Positions 56,451 through 64,000 of a DNA stretch of 64,000 bases are shown in pieces. Source of the DNA: a virus. Positions within the stretch are counted from its first letter, which is position 1. Each line of letters opens with the position of its first letter. The notes under the pieces were generated by a model. That model was given only the letters and a program-made list of their open reading frames with translations. It was not told where the DNA came from and made no database searches. The position numbers and the translations under genes were made by a program. The DNA lies in IMG/VR virus record IMGVR_UViG_3300050821_010764, positions 1 through 64,000 of that record; one strand, written 5' to 3'.

Positions 56451-56529
56451 TGTGCTAAAATAAAAAACGTCGTTTCGCTAAATAAAAAGTACCTTTGTGT
56501 ACAGAAGATAAATATAGCAGGAGAATACA

Positions 56530-57294
56530 ATGACTACATTCGGTGAAGTTTCTTATAATGATGATGTGTACGGTGGTTCAGATAACAAAAAGGGTGGAAA
56601 CAACAAGGACTTGTTCCTTCGTTTGGCTGAAGGTTCCAACGAGCTAAGACTCGTAACCGCGCCTTTCCAATACCTTGTTCACAAGGTCAAGAAAGACCCA
56701 ACCAATCCAAAAGATTTTGGACAGAAGGTTGGATGCTCTGCCCTTCATGGCAGCTGCCCACTTTGCGATGGTGGCGATAAAGCCAAGCCACGTTGGTTCT
56801 ACGGTGTGATTGACCGTAAGACTGGAACCTATAAGGTGCTAGATGTTTCGTTTGCTGTCTTTTCAGCAATTCGTAAGCTAGCCAGAAACACTGCACGTTG
56901 GGGTGATCCAACCAAGTACGACATCGATATCGTTGTCGACAAAAACGGTGGACCAACCAACTACTACTCTGTGCAACCAATCTCCAAGGAGCCACTTTCT
57001 GCAACTGATCAACAGTTGAAGGACAACGCTGATTTGGACGATTTGAAGAGACGCTGCACTCCTCCAACCTTGGAGCAATTGCAACGTAGAGTTGACAAGA
57101 TCATGGGCGTTGCATCTGATGCAACTGCCGTCGCCGCAGCTGCTGTAGCTGCTGCACCTCCAGCAACTGGCAAGAAGGCATCTGCGAAAGCAGCTCCTAA
57201 AGCCGCTGCTCCTGTGAGCATGACTGATGACGAGGAAATGGGCGGAGACTTCCCAGCCTATGACGGCAGCTCTGAAGCTGACGCCACTTCCTAA
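56530..57294 (+). CDS. Phage single-stranded DNA-binding protein (gp32-like)
   Basis: FLRL.EG.N.LR, C...CPLC, WGDP..YDI and an acidic C-terminal tail; located near recA. Confidence 0.7.
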   Translation: MTTFGEVSYNDDVYGGSDNKKGGNNKDLFLRLAEGSNELRLVTAPFQYLVHKVKKDPTNPKDFGQKVGCSALHGSCPLCDGGDKAKPRWFYGVIDRKTGTYKVLDVSFAVFSAIRKLARNTARWGDPTKYDIDIVVDKNGGPTNYYSVQPISKEPLSATDQQLKDNADLDDLKRRCTPPTLEQLQRRVDKIMGVASDATAVAAAAVAAAPPATGKKASAKAAPKAAAPVSMTDDEEMGGDFPAYDGSSEADATS

Positions 57295-57323
57295 CGAACA
57301 CTGCTAAGTAAGTCAAGCAAAAG

Positions 57324-57352
57324 AGGAGATAAGGTAACACTTATCTCCTTTT
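57324..57352 (+). terminator. Intrinsic terminator-like hairpin
   Basis: AGGAGATAAG-GTAACA-CTTATCTCCT followed by TTT. Confidence 0.7.
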
Positions 57353-57378
57353 CTATTTTGTCCGATATATGACCTAGT

Positions 57379-57936
57379 ATGAAAAAAGTATTAGGATTTG
57401 ATGTGTCGAGTACTACAATTGGTTGGTGTGTATTAGAGATTAATGAAACAACCAAAGAGATCGATTATAAAGTTTGTGACTATGTCAAACCCCTAAAGAA
57501 GGGATCCATCATTGAACGTATTGTAGATACCAGAAATAAGATTTCTGTTATTATCAATAAGGTACAACCAGATTATATTGGCATTGAAGATATTATCCAA
57601 TTCATGCAAGGCAAAAGTACTGCCAAAACTATTATCATGCTAACTACATTTAATAGGATGATTGGATTATGCGCTTATGATTATCTGGGAAGGTCGCCGG
57701 AGTTATTCAATGTCATGACTATTAGGCATGGACTAAAAGAAGATAAAGTTTTGCCAAAAAAAGAAGATATGCCGGAGCTTGTCGCTAAACATTTAGGAAT
57801 TACATTTCCTTACGAGTACAATAAAAAGGGCAAAGTCAAAGTGGAAAGTTTCGACAAAGCGGATGGTGTAGCTGTCGCTCTCTATTATGCACGAGTCCTC
57901 ACTGATAAGGTCAAGCGTAAGGGTAAGAAAAAATGA
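57379..57936 (+). CDS. RuvC-like Holliday junction resolvase
   Basis: VLGFDVSSTTIGW, IGIED and DKADGVAVA. Confidence 0.8.
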   Translation: MKKVLGFDVSSTTIGWCVLEINETTKEIDYKVCDYVKPLKKGSIIERIVDTRNKISVIINKVQPDYIGIEDIIQFMQGKSTAKTIIMLTTFNRMIGLCAYDYLGRSPELFNVMTIRHGLKEDKVLPKKEDMPELVAKHLGITFPYEYNKKGKVKVESFDKADGVAVALYYARVLTDKVKRKGKKK

Positions 57937-58871
57937 ATCTCAAGGAAGCCTACTCAATCTTAGAAATTCCCCAGACCTCCACACCGGAGGAGGCTAAGAA
58001 GAAGTACCGCGAACTTACGAAAAAGTATCACCCCGACATCAATAAGGAGGTTGGAGCCGAAGATAAGTTCAAAAAGATCAATGAAGCTTATCAGGTAGTC
58101 TCTTCTGGTAGAAGTACTGATCGTGAAGATGTGATGCATCAGCGCAATCCATTTACCAATCCTTTTGGTAGCCAGATTCAATATCAGGCAGAAAATATTC
58201 CTTTACACACTACTATCTCATTTAAAGATTCAGTGAGGGGATGTAAAGTGGATCTAAAGTTTAACCGCAATGCCAAGTGCAAAAACTGCCATGGTCAAGG
58301 CGAAGTATCCATCCATAATGGTTGTACTAAATGTGGTGGTAAAGGACAAGTCGTTAGTCGTCAGGGCAACATGATAGTAGTACGGACTTGTGATAAATGT
58401 TTTGGTCGGTCATCTGCCGAGGCATGTAAAAGCTGCAACGCTACTGGTGTGGTAGAAACTGAAACCTCTATTAACGTCACCATCCCTGGCGGAATTCAGA
58501 ATGGGAATATTCTGCGTGTAGGTGGAATGGGAAACTTTGCCGGTCATTTCGGACCACTAGAACAACACACAGACGTGCATCTGCACGTGGCTGTGACTCC
58601 AGAAAAGGGCTTATCCCTAGATGGTAATCAGGTGGTATCTACTTTAGAAATATCTCTTCTAGAAGCCCTGAAAGGGTGCCAAAAGGTAGTTCCTACTATT
58701 TTTGGCAATAAAGAAATAGAAGTAAAACCGATGTCTAGGAATAAAGAAGAGATTATAATTCCACGTTTAGGCGTGAATGGCACTGGGAATCAAAGAGTAA
58801 TTCTAGACGTCAAATACCCAGCGGATGTCCATAAGATTATCGACATCCTTACTAATGAGAGGATATCATAA
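57933..58871 (+). CDS. dnaJ: DnaJ chaperone
   Basis: J domain with YHPD; four CxxCxGxG-type repeats; C-terminal domain. Confidence 0.9.
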   Translation: MNLKEAYSILEIPQTSTPEEAKKKYRELTKKYHPDINKEVGAEDKFKKINEAYQVVSSGRSTDREDVMHQRNPFTNPFGSQIQYQAENIPLHTTISFKDSVRGCKVDLKFNRNAKCKNCHGQGEVSIHNGCTKCGGKGQVVSRQGNMIVVRTCDKCFGRSSAEACKSCNATGVVETETSINVTIPGGIQNGNILRVGGMGNFAGHFGPLEQHTDVHLHVAVTPEKGLSLDGNQVVSTLEISLLEALKGCQKVVPTIFGNKEIEVKPMSRNKEEIIIPRLGVNGTGNQRVILDVKYPADVHKIIDILTNERIS

Positions 58872-59209
58872 TGGCATTTTCCACATTCTGCACCAATAAA
58901 GGTTGCGGCAAAATTCAAGAACCTTATCTAGATCCTAAGGACAATAAAGTTTATTGCTCGGAGTGTGATAGAGAAATAACCAACATTACGCCGTTTGTCA
59001 AGATCCAAATGAAGAGCATGAAGCAATTTCGACAGACTAAGCCGAAACCCTTTGCTGTCAAGTGCCCGGCATGTGGTAGAGAAGAGCAGCCGATGCACCT
59101 TGGCGACGATATAGTCTGTAGTATGTGTGGCGATCCACTCAATAATCTGAGCCCAATCTTCAAAAATATGCTCAAAGAAAAGTTGAAAAACGCCAATAAA
59201 GATGTCTAA
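58871..59209 (+). CDS. Hypothetical double Zn-ribbon protein
   Basis: Four Cys pairs. Confidence 0.7.
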   Translation: MAFSTFCTNKGCGKIQEPYLDPKDNKVYCSECDREITNITPFVKIQMKSMKQFRQTKPKPFAVKCPACGREEQPMHLGDDIVCSMCGDPLNNLSPIFKNMLKEKLKNANKDV

Positions 59210-59233
59210 ATTCGCCACGTTAGGAAGTATGGC

Positions 59234-60001
59234 ATGTTAAACAAAATCATTGAATCCTGTCAATTTCTGTTGGAGAATTTCCCAGAAGCGCAAGAAGCTA
59301 GAGACTATTTGGATTCTAGGCTCAACAAAGAGAGTCGGCAGCAATTCCAATTTGGTTATTTCCCAAGGACTAATAATCTAAATGTCTTAACTGAAATGGT
59401 AGGAGAAGAGGCGTTACTTAATACAAGTCTATTGTATTATAGAGAGATAGAAGACTCTTTATCTCATCGAATGATTCCTGTTCCTTATTTCGAAGACTAT
59501 CCGGTTATCATGCCATTTCGTAATACTTACGGCGAGATAGTGGCTATTGTAGGAAGAACCTTACTGAGTGAAGAGGAGCAGAAGGCGAAGAAAATTCCCA
59601 AGTACAAGAATACTAAAAAAACGAGACGATTTGAGAAAGGTCAATTAGTTTTTGGATTGCACGAAAATAAACAACATATTTTAGACCAAAACTGTGTTTA
59701 TGTCGTAGAAGGTCAGTTCGACGTTATTAAAGCTGTTGAAAAGGGATTTAGGAATATTGTCGCATTAGGTACTTCTAATATGACAGCCTATCAATTTTCT
59801 GTCATTAGTCGATACACCGATAACATATTTCTGTTATTGGATAATGATGTAGCTGGCGAAAAGGGGAGGAAACTAGCGATTAACAAGTATGGCAAACTTG
59901 CCAATATTCAGAATTTTTACTTACCAGAAAGTTATAAAGACATCGACGAATACCTAACCAAAAATGGTAATGAGTCTGTGTCTTTTGTTGTCAAAGCGTG
60001 A
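59234..60001 (+). CDS. dnaG: DnaG primase catalytic core (TOPRIM) lacking the N-terminal Zn finger
   Basis: YLDSR, MPF...G...GR, PKYKNT, VVEGQFD, DND.AG and KDIDE. Confidence 0.85.
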   Translation: MLNKIIESCQFLLENFPEAQEARDYLDSRLNKESRQQFQFGYFPRTNNLNVLTEMVGEEALLNTSLLYYREIEDSLSHRMIPVPYFEDYPVIMPFRNTYGEIVAIVGRTLLSEEEQKAKKIPKYKNTKKTRRFEKGQLVFGLHENKQHILDQNCVYVVEGQFDVIKAVEKGFRNIVALGTSNMTAYQFSVISRYTDNIFLLLDNDVAGEKGRKLAINKYGKLANIQNFYLPESYKDIDEYLTKNGNESVSFVVKA

Positions 60002-60073
60002 TAATTAAACTAAAATTACCACTCCTTGCTATTGATATATTCTGATTCAGTCTTTAACTTTACTGGAGTTCAA

Positions 60074-60514
60074 ATGGAACGTAGAAAAAATCGTAGCGAC
60101 AAATACCAATGGGTCCTGTTGGAAACAGTTTGTTCGAATGACATGATGGAAGCCTTTTGCAATGAAGACAGCATTTACAATAGACTTAACCCATTTCAGT
60201 ACGATGAGGACCTAATGGATTTAGAAGAGCAGTTGAAGCAAGAGTTTTGGAGAGTGGTAGATACCCTTTTGACTCCAAGACAAAGAGAAGTGATTAGACT
60301 TTACGCAGATGGCTACACTCAGATGGAGATTGCCAAGATGCTGAATGTCAACCAAAGTTCTATTACCAAGTCTTTAAATGGAAATGTGGACTACAAGAAT
60401 GGTAAGAAGATTTACGGTGGGGCTAGAAAGAAAATCCGCAAGATTATCGAAAACGATGACAGGATTAAAGAGATACTAGCAGAGATGGCAGCTTGTAGAG
60501 AAGAAAAGTGGTAA
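60074..60514 (+). CDS. Sigma-70 region 4-like HTH protein
   Basis: LTPRQREVIRL..DGYTQMEIAKMLNVNQSSI. Confidence 0.75.
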   Translation: MERRKNRSDKYQWVLLETVCSNDMMEAFCNEDSIYNRLNPFQYDEDLMDLEEQLKQEFWRVVDTLLTPRQREVIRLYADGYTQMEIAKMLNVNQSSITKSLNGNVDYKNGKKIYGGARKKIRKIIENDDRIKEILAEMAACREEKW

Positions 60515-60518
60515 GATA

Positions 60519-60554
60519 AAAGGCGGGCTTCATTTGAAGCCCGCCTTTCTTTTT
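60519..60554 (+). terminator. Intrinsic terminator
   Basis: AAAGGCGGGCTTCA-TT-TGAAGCCCGCCTTT followed by CTTTTT. Confidence 0.85.
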
Positions 60555-60647
60555 GGTAATAAAATGGACTTATTAGGTATACTACCCGCCTAAATAAGTA
60601 GAAAATCGTATCAATATTTCTTTATCTATAGTAGGCACGTTCTGTTT

Positions 60648-61115
60648 ATGGGAGACGTAATGTCAAAAAATTCGATAGATTACTCTAGTTTGGAAACCAA
60701 AATCTACAAAAGAGCTTACAAACTGAGCGATGTTAAAGATCGTTTGGAAACCGTTGCTTTTGACATTGTTAGATTCAAAGATAGTGATAAGGCTGCTGAT
60801 TTGTGGCAGGTACAGAACGCCGAAGACGGTGATTATATCGTTGCGATGTACCAGTCTGAGGAAGAAGAGAAGACTGCTTCCTGGGGTGTGACTGTCAGCA
60901 AGACTGCCGGTGACCTACAGGTCTCTTACAAAGGCGATCCTCTAGTTAGCATCTCGTCTGGCAAGTTAGGAATACCTCCTTCCGAGCTATATAAGATTGA
61001 AGAATACCTACCTGCTAAGCTAGCTGCAAACAAGAAATTGGTCAAGGCTCTACTCAATGAGTTGCCAGCATCAGCTAAAAATGCGGTATTAAATAAATAC
61101 CCTGAGTTGGTTTAA
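60648..61115 (+). CDS. Hypothetical protein (possibly virion-associated)
   Basis: 155-aa ORF; the true start may be the second ATG at 60660 after GGAG. Confidence 0.7.
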   Translation: MGDVMSKNSIDYSSLETKIYKRAYKLSDVKDRLETVAFDIVRFKDSDKAADLWQVQNAEDGDYIVAMYQSEEEEKTASWGVTVSKTAGDLQVSYKGDPLVSISSGKLGIPPSELYKIEEYLPAKLAANKKLVKALLNELPASAKNAVLNKYPELV

Positions 61116-61136
61116 CATACGGAATAGGATGCTTAA

Positions 61137-62741
61137 ATGAGTCTCGACAAAATCAAACAATTAGTAGGTTCTTTGGCAAAGTCAGTTGATGACAGCGAAA
61201 GAGTTGCTACCCCGATTCTGGCTGCCAAGTTAGCTAAAGCCGTTGAGGCTTATCCGGGCGATCAAACCATCGGAGCTATGTCTCGTGTTATTGGTAAGCT
61301 CGCTTCTAACAATACTTTCTTTATTCGTAAATCAGAACTTAAAAGTTTGTATCAAAAACTACATTCTCGTAACACCAAGTTCGCTGAATTGTTTCAGGAC
61401 GAATTGGGTGTGGTAGATTCTCTTCCAACACCAACTTTGATGCCAAGAGATGAAGCTGTTCAGGTAAATACTTACGAAGTTGGTGATCAAATCTTAGCAA
61501 ATGCGCTGAATAGTGTCTTTGACAAGTTCACTCCACTTAAACTTTACAGCCAAAATTTGGCTAATAAAGCGTTAGCCTCAGTGGCTAGCACTTTAGATGC
61601 TTGGAATTTGAAGCCAACTGCTCTTGCAGTCGATGATGGCAACGAGAAATTCCTAGTTATCAGAGCCGACTACGAGACTCCAAAGGGAGTCACCAGTCTT
61701 TATGTTCCAGTAGAGACTACCAAAACCACCGTGGCTGAAGCTTCGGTTTTTATGGGCAACACCGGTCCTCAAGAACTCAATCATACCAATATTAAAACCT
61801 ATCTAACTACCTTCGCTGGCACCAAACTCAAGATTAATGCTACCAGCATCTTGGGTGTGTTGACCAGTGCGGCTTCTGAAAACAGGACTGTTAGCGATGC
61901 AGAGATTGCATTAACTAAATTGAATGCTACTCGTCAAGGTAAGTCAGAATTCTTCCAGAACCAAGTAGTTGGTTTGAAGGTTGCTGAGGCTGCCAAGAAA
62001 GATGTGGAGCTTTCGAGGTCCGAAGAGTTCGTTTCTTTCGAAAAACAATTCACCACTCCATACGGTCAAGCTTCTTGGCAGTTCGGTGCAGATAAAGTTA
62101 AGACTGCTAGAGAACATGTGACTAGACAGTTGTTAACCTACGGTCATAAGAACCCACAAGTTACTGTTGTCAAAAGTGACGACACTTCCATTCTCTTTAG
62201 CGTTGCACTAGATGCGGGCAGGGTTGGATTTACCGTTCCTGTCAAATTTGCCAGTGGCAATATGGTTAAGCCAAGTGTCATGTTGTGCAATGGTACGGTT
62301 GCTTCATTTAGCCAAGAAGGAATTAACGAACTATACGTCAGTAATGCCAGCGACTTCAAAGCTGCGGCTGCTGCCTCTCCTCAATTTGGTTTGAAGCCAA
62401 GTGATGTATTAAATAACTTGAGAGTAGCTTTAGCCGAGGGTAACCACGCCAAGGCAGAAGACGCCTTGAACGTCCTAGCAAATTCTGGAGATACTAAGGC
62501 TCATGCCATCGGCTTCCAGTTATTCCTAGATGGTTTAGCCCACAAGAAGGCTGAAGCTGAAGTCAAGTGTTCTCACATGATCAAGAATGCTACTAGTGAG
62601 CATCCAATCTGTGCACATACTGGATTACCAGTTCACAAGGTGTATCAAGATAAAGATGGTAATTGCCGTCCTCTTTATAGAAGAGGTCAGGATGAAACTT
62701 ATGAAGGAGCAGTCTTTAATAACTCCAAGATCTTCGGGTGA
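61137..62741 (+). CDS. Hypothetical protein (possibly virion structural)
   Basis: 534-aa ORF. Confidence 0.75.
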   Translation: MSLDKIKQLVGSLAKSVDDSERVATPILAAKLAKAVEAYPGDQTIGAMSRVIGKLASNNTFFIRKSELKSLYQKLHSRNTKFAELFQDELGVVDSLPTPTLMPRDEAVQVNTYEVGDQILANALNSVFDKFTPLKLYSQNLANKALASVASTLDAWNLKPTALAVDDGNEKFLVIRADYETPKGVTSLYVPVETTKTTVAEASVFMGNTGPQELNHTNIKTYLTTFAGTKLKINATSILGVLTSAASENRTVSDAEIALTKLNATRQGKSEFFQNQVVGLKVAEAAKKDVELSRSEEFVSFEKQFTTPYGQASWQFGADKVKTAREHVTRQLLTYGHKNPQVTVVKSDDTSILFSVALDAGRVGFTVPVKFASGNMVKPSVMLCNGTVASFSQEGINELYVSNASDFKAAAAASPQFGLKPSDVLNNLRVALAEGNHAKAEDALNVLANSGDTKAHAIGFQLFLDGLAHKKAEAEVKCSHMIKNATSEHPICAHTGLPVHKVYQDKDGNCRPLYRRGQDETYEGAVFNNSKIFG

Positions 62742-62744
62742 TCT

Positions 62745-63584
62745 ATGAGTGTATCAAGACTAGCTAGATTTCTAACTCTCAAATACGCCGCAGAGCTAAT
62801 CAATCCTGATGCTCCTGCCGGTGAATTGATTGAGACGATTAAAAATAATTTAGCTGACATTTACCGAAAGTTTATGCCAGAGTATAGCGGTCTTATATCT
62901 CAAATCAATCAATCCTATAAACTTCCATTTCTAGATAGTTTGGAAGATATTTTTTCTGCCTTTATTGCTAATCTTGACAATCTGGATATTATTCAAGTTA
63001 ATCAGCTATCCCTTGAATTGATTAAGAATGTTGAGCATGTAAGGGTTAAATTAAACGATTTCATCAAAACCAATAAGAATGACCCTGCTTTTACCGCTTT
63101 CTTTATGAGAAAGAGATTAGCTAGCACGGTGGATAAAGTATTGGAAGGTTTGGAGAAAGATTTAATTAGACAATTAGATTACATTAATGCTACCAACAAA
63201 AGTGTTCATCTTCCTACTGCCGAGTTCACGGAACATGGTAGGGGTCGTCGCATGCCAGATGGTAGTGAAACTACCAAGCGTCGTCGTATGGAACAAACTC
63301 CACAACAAACTGAAATGTTGGTTTTGAGATTCGGTGATTTGTATGGTGTTAGGGATATGTCTGATTGGGGTAAGCTCAAACATGGGGATGCCGATTTGGC
63401 AGAAGAATTAATGACGGCATTTCTTGGGCTAAATAGAGCATCTAAGGAGTACCAGAAATCTGAGGACTACGATCCTAAAGACCGAAGGAATGCCAGCAAA
63501 GAAAAATTATTTTTGGCAACCAAGGTAAAGGGTGGTTTGCGCAAGCGAATTGAAGAGTTCTTTAGTAATAAGAGAGGTTTATAA
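62745..63584 (+). CDS. Hypothetical protein
   Basis: 279-aa ORF. Confidence 0.7.
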   Translation: MSVSRLARFLTLKYAAELINPDAPAGELIETIKNNLADIYRKFMPEYSGLISQINQSYKLPFLDSLEDIFSAFIANLDNLDIIQVNQLSLELIKNVEHVRVKLNDFIKTNKNDPAFTAFFMRKRLASTVDKVLEGLEKDLIRQLDYINATNKSVHLPTAEFTEHGRGRRMPDGSETTKRRRMEQTPQQTEMLVLRFGDLYGVRDMSDWGKLKHGDADLAEELMTAFLGLNRASKEYQKSEDYDPKDRRNASKEKLFLATKVKGGLRKRIEEFFSNKRGL

Positions 63585-64000
63585 TGAGAATAGCAGAAAT
63601 GTTGACCGCCATTGCGGCTTGGCTAGAAAGCCCAAATAATGAAGCTTTGCTGTTAGCCGAAGCTGACGAGGACTGCATGAAAGTCGTTGCAGAGTCCTGT
63701 ACTTTGGCTGCCGCTCTTCTCAAGAATGCTGCTGAACAAGTAGACACCATGGAAGCCCCAGAAGAGTCTAAAATCACTCCTGAATCCATTGATGAGCTTG
63801 CCAATTTGGCAGCCGCTTTCGATGCCTCGGGTGACCCACAACTCAAGAAGCAGGCTTCTGTACTTGATGAACTATTGCTATCTATTGCTGCTCCACCTAA
63901 TGCTTATGCAGAAAGAAAAGATTTACAAGAGCAAAGATTGATTGAGATAGGTAAGAAGTACAATGATCCACGTAAAGAATTGCATGAAGTAAATAAAATT
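63584..64000 (+). CDS. Hypothetical protein, 3' truncated by window edge
   Basis: GAGG SD, TAATG overlap, open frame MRIAEMLTAIAAWLESPNNEALL... to the end of the window. Confidence 0.7.
   Translation, partial: MRIAEMLTAIAAWLESPNNEALLLAEADEDCMKVVAESCTLAAALLKNAAEQVDTMEAPEESKITPESIDELANLAAAFDASGDPQLKKQASVLDELLLSIAAPPNAYAERKDLQEQRLIEIGKKYNDPRKELHEVNKI

Noticed and set aside
1-64000. Genome-wide TAG reassignment (code 15/16)
   Set aside because: Long conserved genes (dnaE, topA, sbcC, recA, nadA) are intact under the standard code with no internal TAG; in-frame TAGs were found only in the 8136-9532 operon
1-64000. Bacterial chromosome or eukaryotic giant virus origin
   Set aside because: Housekeeping genes are isolated from their usual operons among many unknown ORFs, while SD motifs, tmRNA, DnaE and a sigma70 promoter indicate a bacterial host; this fits a jumbo phage best, though no capsid or terminase gene was recognised in this window

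Overview
This window looks like part of a jumbo (huge) dsDNA bacteriophage genome. About 100 densely packed, mostly + strand genes are present, roughly half of them hypothetical. The replication, recombination and repair genes are DnaE, primase domains, RecA, SbcCD, RuvC, TopA, SSB, FtsK and a dNMP kinase. There is a large set of host-like translation and protein-quality genes (IF3, bS21, peptide deformylase, trigger factor, DnaJ, two ClpP-family genes, DksA, Thg1-like, Pth2-like, tmRNA) and auxiliary metabolic genes (nadA, iscU, rmlA, rmlD-like, ferritin-like). Seven tRNAs and one oversized tRNA-like RNA are also present. The host is unknown; a Myxococcota/deltaproteobacterial host is only a weak guess from the tmRNA tag. 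The main finding is an apparently amber (UAG)-gated operon at 8136-9532. A leader peptide M-K-Y-L-[UAG]-I-R-P-R-A-P-P has Pro-Pro codons that can base-pair with the Shine-Dalgarno (SD) of the next gene. It is followed by an HD-domain gene and a Pth2-like gene, each with an in-frame UAG at codon 4 after a good SD and ATG. Two different CUA-anticodon tRNAs lie within 2 kb downstream, and UAG is almost unused as a stop elsewhere in the window. Also notable are all four tRNA-Thr isoacceptors (including the rare AGU) in one cluster, a recurrent 31:39 anticodon-stem mismatch, a ClpP plus pseudo-ClpP pair, and a GATATA motif placed as for leaderless mRNAs. All calls were made by eye from the sequence; no database searches or folding programs were run.
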